Below, piece after piece: positions 1 through 10,932 of a DNA stretch of 64,000 bases. The translations under genes were made by a program, and so were the position numbers. The notes below the pieces were generated by a model, which worked only from the letters and a program-made list of their open reading frames with translations, had not been told where the DNA came from and did no database searches. This stretch comes from Selaginella moellendorffii. Lineage: Eukaryota > Plantae > Lycopodiophyta. Every line of letters starts with the position of its first letter. The first letter of the stretch is position 1. The stretch spans positions 1,180,165-1,244,164 of the forward strand of contig NW_003314263.1 in assembly GCF_000143415.4 (NCBI RefSeq), given 5' to 3'.

Positions 1-585
1 CGCGCCGGCCCGGATGATCTTCTCGATCAGCCGAGTAGCCCCCGAGAGCTCCTCCTGCGTGCTTAGAAACCACACCGAGTCGAGCGCGATGCAAAGCCCA
101 TCGTTGAGCCGCTGCGTGTCGGCGCGCTGGATGTAACTCTCGGCCAGATCCCAGCTGTGAGCGCTCACCGCCTGCTGGAAGCTCCGGCCGAGCTCCACTC
201 GCTCGCGCTTGTGGACTCTCCGTCCTCTATCCTGTTCTTCCACAGCCTCTTCTTCTACTTGTTCGTCCTCGTCCTGGTAGAGCTGCGCGCTACACCGGCT
301 GCAAGTCCCTCGATCCTGTCCAGAGCTGCTGCTAGCACTAGAGATCTTCCGCTTCTCGGGGCTTCTCACGAGAGGAAGAACGTCTCCCGCATTCTCTCCT
401 TGCGGGTTTCCTCCGCCATGAAAGACGTGGGAGTGAGAAGCTTGGTGGTGGTGATAGACTTGATGGTGGTGGTGGTGGTGATCGTGGCCAAGTTGGTCGC
501 TGGAACCCGGCTCCAAATCCATGGAGACCACCTCCACCGATTCCAATTCCTCCTGGCTACACCCATCCGAGCCTGCCCTCTTCAT
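1..585 (-). CDS. SKIP35: Ankyrin-repeat protein SKIP35-like, 5' part (runs off window start)
   Basis: Hand translation of the minus frame from ATG at 585: MKRAGSDG...HHHHHH...ERVELGRSFQQAVSAHSWDLAESYIQRADTQRLNDGLCIALDSVWFLSTQEELSGATRLIEKIIRAGA, matching the SKIP35 family motif LNDALCIALDSIWFL. In-frame TGA at 604-606 upstream. Confidence 0.8.
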   Translation of the reverse strand, partial: MKRAGSDGCSQEELESVEVVSMDLEPGSSDQLGHDHHHHHHQVYHHHQASHSHVFHGGGNPQGENAGDVLPLVRSPEKRKISSASSSSGQDRGTCSRCSAQLYQDEDEQVEEEAVEEQDRGRRVHKRERVELGRSFQQAVSAHSWDLAESYIQRADTQRLNDGLCIALDSVWFLSTQEELSGATRLIEKIIRAGA

Positions 586-1161
586 CTCCAAGGATGGAGT
601 CTTTCACCTTCCACTCTCTGGAAAACTGATACCCTAGCTACTCCTCGATTCGTCCTGTCTACAAACTCACATAGTTCCAGCCGAGTGTGATCTTCGCGAA
701 TTTCATGACCCCGAGCTCTGGATTTGGAGACAAAAAAGAGAGTGCTCATCAGGAACCAAGAGAAAGTATTTAAGAGAAAAAGAAGGAATGGAAATCGAAG
801 AACACTACCTTTGTAGATAGATCGCTCCTCCAGCCCTCCAGGGAGAGAGTGAGAATGGAGCCCTTTTGCTCGATGGAGAGAGATACGCGACTGTAGCGCG
901 AGCGCTACCTAGGCATTTTGGATTTTCTCAGTTATGGGGATTGAGCTACTTGGACAGCCATACCGTACCGGTACGGCGGGCATAGAATATGTGGGATATA
1001 TGCCCAGAATGGGCATATGCGCCACCTTTTGGGAGGCTCGCAACTATGGTGTTTTATTACTTCCTGGAACGAGCAAGAGAGCGGGCCTGTGAAAACGAAA
1101 GGCTTTTTGATTTCACTTATCTCTTTCGATTTGTACTGCTATCGAGCGAGTCGCTGGATCA

Positions 1162-2114
1162 TCACTTTGGCCGGCGACGATCCGGATAGAAGATGTCGTC
1201 CAGGCCCGTCTTGATGGATCCGGCCACTCTTGACAAGTTGTGCCCAACGGCTGTTGCTATCAATCCCGCGGTTCGGAAAAACCTGCGAGGAAAAAGAGAA
1301 GTTTTGCCGATCGAAACGAGAAGAGCAAAGATCCAGTGCTAACCTCGTCGCAAATTCATCGCTCCGAGTTGGTCCAGCAATTTGAGGACGGTGGCTGGGA
1401 GGAGGAGGGGGAGGAGTCTGTGGTACTGCTACACGAGGACCTGTGACAACAACAGAAGAAAAACGCAAGAATCAGTCTCTCAGCACGAAACGTTTCTCCT
1501 TTCCTGACCTTCTTCGTGAGCATCGGCTTGGTCCGAAAGTTGGCCTGGCATTTGTCCAGGAACTGTTTGATGAGCATGCTGTGGAGCTTTTCTGGGATCC
1601 AAGAGTTGCATCTATGGCACAAGAACTCGCGAGGAAGAGAAACAAGAACAAAGCGAAACAAAACTCACCTCAATTCCCAGGCAAGCAGGCAATTCAACCC
1701 GTCTATCCTGGCCAGCTCCAGAAGGAGTGCTTTGCTTGTACACGGAGTATCCAAGGCACGCGTACTTAAACTCGAAGAGTCTCTTCTCATCGTTGAGCGC
1801 TTCTAAGTGAGGATTATTTCCCTTGTAAGCTGGGAGAACAAAACAAGGAGGAAGAAAAACACAGGAGGAGATAAGTCGCTAGAAATAAGCTCTCACTCAC
1901 CTTGCTTCTCGGAGCGCGACAACCCCACACAGAGTGGATTCCGGCCATTCTCCTTGCGATAGCTCGAGTGATACAAGCATCCAGTGCAGCTTTTCCCGCT
2001 CCTAATCACCGCCGGGCGATCGATTGGCCTGTCCAGAGAAGAGGATGTAGACGAAGCGCTGTTGCTATTGCTATTGGTGCTAGTGCTGCTCTCGGTGTCC
2101 TCATCCCTCATCAT
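1162..2114 (-). CDS. Conserved uncharacterised plant protein (At3g51100-like), ~5 exons
   Basis: Exon peptides GKSCTGCLYHSSYRKENGRNPLCVGL, FKYACLGYSVY...ELPACLGIE, SDEFATR and FFRTAGLIATAVGHNLSRVAGSIKTGLDDIFYPDRRRPK* (TGA at 1162-1164); GT-AG introns. Confidence 0.8.
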
Positions 2115-2266
2115 CTTGCTCGGCGCCCTGGCGAGGGCATACTCCCGATGGATCGATCGCTTACCTCATCCCTACTGCGCTAGCCCGCGCCTCTCGCATT
2201 CCGGGCAAAACAGGAAGACCTAAATTCCGTCGTAGAGGTTCGAACTCCAGTTTGGTTGTGTAATTA

Positions 2267-4426
2267 TCTTAGTCTTTTAGTGCCCTTTGTGAAACATGAG
2301 ACAGAAGATAAAAGCTAGATAGTTGCAGCCTTTGGCATCTTTCTTTGTTGTTAATATCATTGCCTTTGCTTTGATTTTGTGGCTGTGATTGTGAACTTGC
2401 ATTGTGTGATGTGTAGTTTCCATGTGGAACTCTCTAGCAATGCAATGTTGGAGGTGTTTTTCCTCCAGCTAGCAGAAGTTTTAGTAGCTCTAAAGTAAAA
2501 GAAACTGTGAAGAACTAATGCATTGCTACTGTTTTTTACTCTAGACCCTTCAAAAAGTCTATCAACATTATTGTTCCTTTACCAAAAGAAGAAACCATCT
2601 TAAATTATTAACAATACTTATGTCTTATAGAAATACCTAAATATTTAAATATAATATAACTATAGTTTAATAAAAATCAGACATCTGTTAATATGAAACT
2701 GTTTTTAAGACACTAATATAAGATGAGGTTTAATTTTATATTTTCTATCAATGTTTATTTTATTTTTTTATTTTATCATTGTTTTCTCTCAAATAGCCTA
2801 TGCACCTAATGTATTTCATTATGAAGATTATGGAACATCTAATGCTCTTCCAAATACAATAGGGTATTTAAATATTCTGATAAGCCTAACAACATTTATA
2901 GGTCAAACGCTACCATCACATAGAACTACACCAGAACGTTCTTTTTTCCATTCATCTTTTTCGGCTGGTCTTTCAAATGGTGAAGCAGTTACAATTGATA
3001 TGGTATTAGCCATTTTTTCCGCTAGTGTTAATTGTCCAATAAATGATCATGGAATTCGTGAAGTTAATAATGATGCTGTTAGTCATTTATTAATGACCGT
3101 TGCTGGAGAAATATATCATACTGCTAATAACTTAAGAGCATCATATCTTGTAACTGTTATTGTTCAACATGATCTTGGTGTTTTCTCAGTAATTTATAGA
3201 ATACGTAACTATGCACTTTTGGTAACATCTTCTTCTAATATTCATTTGTTTTCTTTTCCTTTTAAATTTTGTGACGTTTTTAAAAGTATACTACTTAGTG
3301 GATATAAAGGGATGCATATATCCACTCGTCGTTCAGGTGAGTTTTTAATACATCTGTATAAAGCGTATGTGTTTATAATACAAGAGGATTGTAATACTGT
3401 TTTATATTATAAAACTATAGTTTTATGGTTTACCGGAACTAATGGATTAAGTTTTGATTGTAAATTAAGATTACAGGAGGATGGAAATCTAGTTCTTTAT
3501 TCTGCATTTGATTCTAAAGCTTTATTTTCAACAGGAACATATTGTAGAAAATTTAAATGTGTTGAACCATCAATACTTGTTCTCCAAATAGATTGTAACC
3601 TTGTTCTTTCTAAAGATGGAAAACCACCTATAAGTGTATGGTCAACTAAAACAACATGCTATTATTAAGTTTGTAAAATCTATATATTACTCTTTTGCTC
3701 TCAACTATATTACAAAGGAGAGATAGTGTTTTAAATTTTAATAAAATTACCTTCTAAATCTTATGGTCATTCAACTTTAAATTATGTGTTTTGCAATCAC
3801 AAAAAGTTTAATTATTGTTTGATAAGGCAATTTCGTAAACACATTGCTCAAGATCACATGGATATGATATTAGTATCACAATGACTTAATAATTTCAATT
3901 TGATATGGAATTGAAACAAATACAATCTTCAAATTTTGCAAGCTTTTGCAAATTATGGTAATCCAATGTTTTTTTGGATGGCATATTTTCTATTATTATT
4001 CTAGCACTAGACTATTTGAATTGAAATTGTAATTAGAGCAGTTATAAATACATAATTTTCAGTGTTTTTAATGGTTATCCTATATACACTGTTGATAATT
4101 CTTAATTCATCCAACTTTGAGGATTGTATAAAAGAAATTGACCAAGGAGCTTGTGGAGAATCTCTAGCAGCTGAGCTTAGTGTATTTATTAGGACTACTC
4201 ACCTTGAGGCTATATTAAATATTTTGAATGGTTTATTTTTGTCTGGTCAGCAAGCTTATATTAGATAGGATATACAAGGATATTCAGGTTTTTCCTAGCT
4301 ATATCAGTAAAATTTTAAAATTAATTTAATAAATAATAATACTTTCAAGAAAAAAATTATTTTTAAATAAATTAATATAAATACTAATAATAATACTTGC
4401 AAAAGTGATATAGTGAATTTACCTAG
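2267..4426 (+). mobile_element. AT-rich insertion island, possible non-autonomous Helitron carrying a lectin-chimera gene
   Basis: Abrupt AT-rich, CpG-poor block between two GC-rich genes; candidate A|TC at 2266/2267 and CTAG|T at 4423-4427 (only a weak hairpin ACTT-GCAA-AAGT upstream); 3831-3887 is homologous (inverted) to ~30050-30106 in the large island. Confidence 0.4.
2751..3668 (+). CDS. Secreted protein: signal peptide + unknown N-terminal domain + bulb-type (GNA/B-lectin) mannose-binding domain
   Basis: Intact intronless 305 aa ORF; hydrophobic N-terminus MFILFFYFIIVFSQIAYA; three QxDxNxVxY-type repeats QEDCNTVLY, QEDGNLVLY, QIDCNLVLS; VWSTKT strand typical of B-lectins. Confidence 0.8.
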   Translation: MFILFFYFIIVFSQIAYAPNVFHYEDYGTSNALPNTIGYLNILISLTTFIGQTLPSHRTTPERSFFHSSFSAGLSNGEAVTIDMVLAIFSASVNCPINDHGIREVNNDAVSHLLMTVAGEIYHTANNLRASYLVTVIVQHDLGVFSVIYRIRNYALLVTSSSNIHLFSFPFKFCDVFKSILLSGYKGMHISTRRSGEFLIHLYKAYVFIIQEDCNTVLYYKTIVLWFTGTNGLSFDCKLRLQEDGNLVLYSAFDSKALFSTGTYCRKFKCVEPSILVLQIDCNLVLSKDGKPPISVWSTKTTCYY

Positions 4427-4438
4427 TTTCTAAATTTG

Positions 4439-6697
4439 ATGCTAAGGCTCCACCCGGGTCTCAAGCACGCGATCGATCGACTGGAGGCGGCACAAGCTCC
4501 ATTCCAACGAGATCTCTGTGCCAATCTTCTCCGGGAATGCTGCCGGCTGCGAGCGCTCAACGAAGGCCGGCGTCTCCACGCGCTAATTGCCAGGGCCGGC
4601 CAGACCCAAGACAATCTCCTGGTGAATTCCCTCATCCAGCTCTATGGTTACCATGGATGTCTCCACGAGTCACAATCCCTCTTCCAGAGCCTGCGCAATC
4701 GCAACGTCTTCTCCTGGAACATGATCATCTCGGCCTACATCCACAGCGGCCATCTGTACGAATCACAGAAACTCTTCCACTCGATGGGAGAGAGGAACGT
4801 TTTCAGCTGGAATCTACTAATCAGTGCGTTTATACGCGGCGGGGATACCACCACCGCCGAGAAACTCTTCAACAAAATGCCACAGCGCAGCGTAGTCTCT
4901 TGTAATATAATTCTCGCAGCATATGCCTGGTCTGGGCATTTTTTCCACATTCACGAACTGTTTCTTGCTATGCCCGAGAGGAGCATAGTGTCGTGGAACA
5001 CCATTCTCGATATACACATTACCATCGGAGAAGTGGCCACCGCCAAGCTTGTGTTTGAGAGGCTCCCCAGTTGGGACGTGGTGTCGTGCACCACCATGCT
5101 CGCGGGATTTGCCCAAACCGGGGACTTGGGCACCGCTTGGGCCCTCTTCAAGCGGATCCCCGAGCCCAATGTGGTGTCATGGAACGCGCTACTCGAAGCC
5201 CACGCAGCCAGCGGCGACCTCTGTGGCGCACGGCGGATATTCGACGTGATGCCCGTGCGCTCGATCGTGTCGTGGAACGAGATCCTCCAGCCAAGCGCGG
5301 TGTTGGGCGGGGATCTTGGCTTGGTGCGCGAGATCTTCGGCAGGATCCCGCAGCACAGCATCGTCTCCTGGAACATCTTCCTCCACGCCTGCGCTGCGAA
5401 TTGCCGCTGCCAGTCCGAGTACGAGGAGTTCAAGACAATTGCCGCAGCGGTGCCGGAGGAGGACGTGGTCACGAGCACGCTGGCGATTGCGGCGGCTGCA
5501 AAAGCATGGAATCTGGAAGATGCCGAGGGTATATTTCACTCCATGACATCGCCCAAGAATCTCGTCTGCTGGAACTGCATGCTCCAGGTATATGCCGAAA
5601 CCAGGCATTTGCAGGAATCAGAAGAGTTATTTGACAAGATGCCGGGACACGACACGTTTTCATGGAACACGATGGTGACGGTGTACGCGGAACAAAAGAA
5701 TATACACTCTGCGCAACGGATATTCTCCTCTATGCCGCAACGCAGCCATGTCTCCTGGAACGCTCTGGCTTTCGCGAATGCCCAAGCGGGGCATTTGGAG
5801 GAATCGCGGCGGATATTCGACCTCACCCCCATGACGAACCTCTGCTCGTGGAATGGGATGATGACCGGATACATTGCGAGCCTCGACCTAGATTCCGCGC
5901 GCGCGATCTTCGATGCCTCGCCGGATCGCCCGCTCTGCCTGTGGGCGGCGATGATCCTGGCCTACGCCCAGGACGGCCGATCCAAGCACGCGATCCAGCT
6001 CTTCCGTCTGATGGATCTCGAGGGGACGGAGCCGGATCCGGAAACCCTAGCGGCGATCCTCGACGCGTGCGCGGTGGTCTCGGATCTCCAGGTCGGGAAG
6101 ATCGTGGTGGAGTACCTGGGCGGCGGCGGCGGCGGCGGCGTGGATCTCGTGCTGGGCGGCGCGGTCGTCAACATGTATGCCAAATGCGGCTGCGTGGGCG
6201 ACGCCGAGAGGAGCTTCCTCGCCATGCCCGCGAGGAATTTGATCGCGTGGAACACGATGATCGCGGCCTATGCGCACAGCGGGCGCATCGCGAGCTGCCT
6301 GGCGTCCTTCCAATCCATGCTGCTCGATGGGATCGATCCCGACGGGGTGAGCTTCCTCACGATCCTCAGCGCTTGCAGCCACGCCGGGGCGCTCCAGTCG
6401 GCGATCGAGATCTTCCTCTCGTCCGCCCAGGACCACGGCCTCTCGCCCACGGCGTGGCACTACTGCTGCGTGATTGATCTCCTGGGCAGGGCGGGCAAGC
6501 TGGGCGACGCGGAGGATCTCATCCGGGGCATGCCGTTTAAATCCGACGAGGGCGCGCTGTGGCAATCGTTGCTGAGCTCGTGCCGGAGCCACGGCGACGC
6601 GCAGCGCGGCGCGCTGGCGGCGCGGAGGGCGGCGGCGTTGGAGCCGCGCGAATCGTCCTCATACGTGACGCTGGCCGGCGTTCTCGATGGGAGCTAA
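4439..6697 (+). CDS. PLS-class pentatricopeptide repeat protein with (partial) E domain, no DYW
   Basis: Intronless ~752 aa ORF (first ATG 4439) with many RNVFSWN/RSIVSWN repeats, PDGVSFLTILSACSHAG, HYCCVIDLLGRAGKL, WQSLLSSCRSHGD; ends at SSYVTLAGVLDGS*. Confidence 0.93.
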   Translation: MLRLHPGLKHAIDRLEAAQAPFQRDLCANLLRECCRLRALNEGRRLHALIARAGQTQDNLLVNSLIQLYGYHGCLHESQSLFQSLRNRNVFSWNMIISAYIHSGHLYESQKLFHSMGERNVFSWNLLISAFIRGGDTTTAEKLFNKMPQRSVVSCNIILAAYAWSGHFFHIHELFLAMPERSIVSWNTILDIHITIGEVATAKLVFERLPSWDVVSCTTMLAGFAQTGDLGTAWALFKRIPEPNVVSWNALLEAHAASGDLCGARRIFDVMPVRSIVSWNEILQPSAVLGGDLGLVREIFGRIPQHSIVSWNIFLHACAANCRCQSEYEEFKTIAAAVPEEDVVTSTLAIAAAAKAWNLEDAEGIFHSMTSPKNLVCWNCMLQVYAETRHLQESEELFDKMPGHDTFSWNTMVTVYAEQKNIHSAQRIFSSMPQRSHVSWNALAFANAQAGHLEESRRIFDLTPMTNLCSWNGMMTGYIASLDLDSARAIFDASPDRPLCLWAAMILAYAQDGRSKHAIQLFRLMDLEGTEPDPETLAAILDACAVVSDLQVGKIVVEYLGGGGGGGVDLVLGGAVVNMYAKCGCVGDAERSFLAMPARNLIAWNTMIAAYAHSGRIASCLASFQSMLLDGIDPDGVSFLTILSACSHAGALQSAIEIFLSSAQDHGLSPTAWHYCCVIDLLGRAGKLGDAEDLIRGMPFKSDEGALWQSLLSSCRSHGDAQRGALAARRAAALEPRESSSYVTLAGVLDGS

Positions 6698-6804
6698 GAA
6701 GTTAGGGTTTTTATGTGAGGCCTCGTCGAGTTCCTGATTTTACCCTAAAACCACAAGTCAATCTTCCTTTTCCAAGTCTTGGCTCTTGAATTCTTCAAAT
6801 GTAA

Positions 6805-7508
6805 CTATCAGCTGACAGCAACTTTCGACGAAGACAAATCACTTCTCTCCTCGACTGCCTTGAGAAAAAAAATCCAAATCGATGAGCCCTCGTCAACTCT
6901 TTGAAGGCACAGAGAGATAATGTGAGGTATGGAGGACCTCATGCATGCCGTTTTCGATACTTTACAAGGCCAAGGGGTGGCACTCGAACAATTGAGAGAC
7001 TGTCGAATTACAGGTATGCGCCGCAAGGAGGGGCGAAGTCCTGTTTATGTCATGTATTTCAACTGGTATCGACGGGTTTGTTGATGTGAAAGATGGAGCT
7101 CTCGTGGACATGTTGCAGCGGGATCCAAATTGTAAGTTTGCGGCCAGCTTCATGAAAGCACAAATCCGACACCATTTTGCGAAGTGGGAGATCAACATGA
7201 TATCCCCGATGAGTGGGAAAGCTCGGAAGGTTTGCAATTCAATCTATTGCTGGCTTTCGCGAGCGCTGGTGTGCTTAGCGCAGCATGACTTCCCCAGTTT
7301 TGTACACGTATGGGATGCGAGCCGGACCAAGGGGAAGCGTATCTTTGGCGAAAGATCCTCGTTGGCCAAGATGTTGCTTCTTGGGACTGTGACAAGGTAC
7401 TTCCGGTTTTGTGAAGTGGTTTTGATGCTTTCGAGAGCTTTACGAAAGGAAGAGTCCTTGGTCATCAGGAAAGAAAGTCCTTGCGAGAGTCTCGATCGAG
7501 AGATTTAA
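6805..7508 (+). pseudogene. Fragmented coding-like sequence of unknown family
   Basis: 153 aa ORF 7047-7508 with protein-like composition, preceded by a stop-interrupted frame (MEDLMHAVFDTLQGQGVALEQLRDC...). No family recognised. Confidence 0.25.
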
Positions 7509-7811
7509 ATCTGTCAATCGCACAAGAAGTTCTAAAATGTCGTCATCGTTCTGTCACAAGCGCGGAACCCACAGTGAGGATAAAATAGACAAGCGCTTTA
7601 GGGCTTTAGGGTTTTATGCGTCTCTTGTGGCGGCGCGCCGCCTTGACGGTGACAAATTAGCCACTTGCATTCTTCCACTCGCAGTGCAGATGGTCAGTCT
7701 CGTCACCCAAATCAAGCGCTCGGGCCGGTCGCGTTCCCATGGGGCTCGATCCAATCGCCCACTGGAACTCGACGAGGCCCCACATTTTTCTTCTTTCTCA
7801 AGAGCCCTAAA

Positions 7812-8101
7812 AGTGCAAAGAAAAACTCTTCCTTTTACTAGTCTTCGTTTTCTTTTTTCTTGGCTTCGAATGCATGATGTTTGAATCTTAGATGGAATTC
7901 CCCGTAATTTCTAGGCTTCTTCTTCCCGGCTTTCTGGATTTCTGGGTTTGTTCCGAGTGCAAAGAAAACTCTTCCTTTTACTAGTCTTTGTTTTCTTTTT
8001 TCTTGGCTCGCATGATTGAGCATCGACCTGGAGAGTTTGAATCTTAGATCGATGGAGGTCTCCGTAAGTTCTAGGCTTCTTCTTCCCGACTTTCTGGATT
8101 T
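7812..8101 (+). repeat. Imperfect tandem duplication of ~130-145 bp
   Basis: AGTGCAAAGAAAA(A)CTCTTCCTTTTACTAGTCTT...TTTGAATCTTAGAT...TTCTAGGCTTCTTCTTCCCG.CTTTCTGGATTT occurs at ~7812-7940 and ~7956-8101. Confidence 0.85.
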
Positions 8102-8872
8102 CTTGTCAAATTTATCAGCTGACAACAGCTTTAGTGGCAAGCGACTGATATAGTGACGCGTGACAAACACTTTGTTCAAAGAAATGGTCCTGCTCGAGGA
8201 TTGAAATTTCTTTGTTTTGTATCCAAATTTTCAAACAAAACCACTTCTGACTTCCACCTTGACAATATGATCTAAGATCGCTTGTAGAAACCAAGTTTCC
8301 AAATCAAATCACTTCTCTCCTAGGATCTAAGATCGCTCGTAGAAACCATTTCCTGGGATTCTCCTTCCACATGATGTGATTAATTTAATACCAAGCTAAC
8401 TAAGCCCACCTCTCAAGCAAAGTTTTGCGTGGCTGGATTTTTGTTGGCAAGTCGGTATTGCTCCACACGATCGTATGTGAAAGGATCTCTTTGTTGACCC
8501 CAATTTCACGTATACAATACGACAGTCAACAATGGAGACCGTAGAAAAAAGTGTCCAGCGCAGATTCAATTCAATGAGGACCGAGTTTAAGAGATGGACA
8601 GGTTTCGACTTATTTGATATCCTGAATGACAAAACACGCCCATCTTGGACTTTATGCTTGTAATCAGAGAGCAAATTTACTATAGAAGTACCAATCGAAG
8701 TGGTAAAGCGTTTGGATCTTAAATACCCCATCTTGGTAAAAGGGTGTGTTTTGTTCTTGGGCTGTGTCGCCGGCGATGATCTTATAGTGGGATTGGACAA
8801 GAAACCATTCTTCTTCTTCCTCCAATTGTTCTTCTTGTTCTTCATCGTTTATAGTGCGTCATTTCCAAGAAA

Positions 8873-10932
8873 ATGGGAAGTGAAGCGTCGTACTATGACC
8901 ATGAGAACAATGCGAGCACCACCACTCCGGATTACTCCTCCCCGATTCCCATCCTCCACGGCAAAGCCGGCAATCAATCAACCGGGAATGACCAGCAAGA
9001 ACAACACCACCAAGATCACGCGATTCTTTCCAGGGATGATTCATGGTTTGGGACTTTCAAGTCGATCTTCTGGCACGGTGGCTCTGCTTTTGATGCGTGG
9101 TTGAATGCTACTTCCACCCAGGTGAGTTTCAGCTCAATCACAAAATCATTCTGGAAGAGTTTTTCACTGTTGAATCTTGCGAACTTTTTCTTTTTCCCTT
9201 TCTTTTTTCTTCCCTCCGAAGATCGCTCAAGTTCTTCTCACTTTCCCCTATTCCTTCGCTCAACTCGGGCTAGCCTCCGGAATCGTGTTCCAGCTCCTCT
9301 ATGGATTCATGGGCTGCTGGACATGCTACATGATCACATCGCTCTACGCGGACTACAGAGCAGCCAAAGAGAAGGAGAATCCAAAAGCGTTCGAAAAACA
9401 CACCATCCAGGTATTTATAAAATCACCATAGCCGGCTGCGCATTTTTTCTAAGGATCTTTCGTCCCCTTTCTAGTGGTACGAAGTTCTCGGAGGATTGCT
9501 GGGACCCTACTGGAGAGCCGCGGGGATCTTCTTCAACACCGCGCTGCTATTTTGCACTGCCACCATCCAAGTGATCGCTTGCGGGAGGTAAAACACAGAT
9601 CCAAATCTTCTCCGCGACCCATGAGACCCAATGCCCAGATCTCTCTGAATCGCTTCTCTTCTTGATCGCCCACAGCACCGTCTACTACATCAACGATTCT
9701 CTCCCCAAGCGGACATGGACCATAATCTTTGGAGCTTGCTGCATCATTACCGTGCTCATCCCCACCGCTCACAACTACAGAGTTTTATCCTTCACGGGGA
9801 TCCTCATGACCACCTACACGGCCTGGTATCTCACCATAGCCGCCGGAATTCACGACAAGGTTGGCCATTTTCTTGCTTGTTCTCGTCATTTTCTTCGCTT
9901 CTCCTGGATTTTTGTCCGATTTTCTTCGATTCAATCGAGACTTACGCGCTGCTTCTCTTCTTTTCCTGGTCAGGTTCCGAATGTGACTCACTCTGGACCC
10001 AAGAATATCGTGCAGTACTTCACGGGTGCGACTAACATCCTCTACGCGTTTGGCGGTCACGCTGTGACAGTGTAAGTTGTGGAAAAAGCTTCGAAGCCAT
10101 TGATTGAATGATCTGATTGTTTGGTGGAACTTTTTCTTCCAGGGAGATCATGCATGCGATGTGGAAGCCACGCAAATTCAAGCTCGTCTACCTCTACGCC
10201 ATCCTCTACATCTTCACGCTCACGCTCCCGTCCGCCATCACCGTCTACTGGCGATTTGGCGATACGATGCTCCACAGCGCAAACGCGTTTGGGGTGTTCC
10301 CGAAAAACAAGTTCCGAGATGCTGCCGTCATCCTCATGCTCATGCACCAGGTGAGTCTTGCTCGATCGATGCGCGAACTCTGGAGTAATTTCTGTGTGAT
10401 CGATTGGACTTTGTGCAGTTCATAGAGTTTGGGCTGATTGGCCTTCCGGTCTTTCTCATCTGGGAGAAGTTTTTGGGTGTCCATCACTCCAAGTACTACA
10501 TTCTCCGAGCCATTGCAAGAATTCCCGTCGTTCTCGCGATCTGGTTCATTGCGATCATGATCCCGTTTTTCGGGCCGATCAACTCCGCCGTTGGATCTTT
10601 GCTCGTAACTTTCAGCGTATATCTTATACCCTGCGCCGCTCATATGGTTGTGAACTCCAAATCCACGGCCAGAAAGGTCTGACTTCGTGGACTTTTTCGT
10701 CTTTTTTTGCCAGACTTTGACCGTGCGTTTGACTTTTCAGGCCGCCATAGAACAGCCGCCCAGGTGGATCAGAAGCTGGACAGTGGTGTATGTTCTCAAT
10801 TCTTTGATAATTGTGTGGGTGGTGATTGTTGGATTTGGGTTTGGAGTGTATGCAAGTGTGAAGAATCTGGTGGATCAGATCGATACGTTTGGATTGTTTG
10901 CCAGATGCTACCAATGCCCCAAAAAACACTAA
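8873..10932 (+). CDS. LAX: AUX1/LAX-family auxin influx carrier-like permease, copy 1 (8 exons)
   Basis: Exons approx 8873-9121, 9222-9410, 9475-9586, 9676-9858, 9974-10071, 10144-10350, 10419-10676, 10741-10932; motifs WHGGSAFDAW, AQVLLTFPYSF, YFTGATNILYAFGGHAVTVEIMHAMWKP, PFFGPINS, GLFARCYQC. Confidence 0.93.

Noticed and set aside
157-690. 177 aa plus-strand ORF
   Set aside because: Antisense shadow of the SKIP35-like coding frame.
2340-2440. Short similarity to ~54515-54585 upstream of both lectin genes
   Set aside because: Matching words occur in a different order and are T-rich; probably chance.
4062-4268. 68 aa ORF downstream of the first lectin gene
   Set aside because: GTG start, short, no homolog seen in the second island.
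4537-6592. Many overlapping ORFs within the PPR gene
   Set aside because: By-products of GC-rich coding sequence; no independent motifs.
8396-8845. 149 aa minus-strand ORF upstream of LAX copy 1
   Set aside because: No motif; overlaps the LAX promoter/5' UTR.
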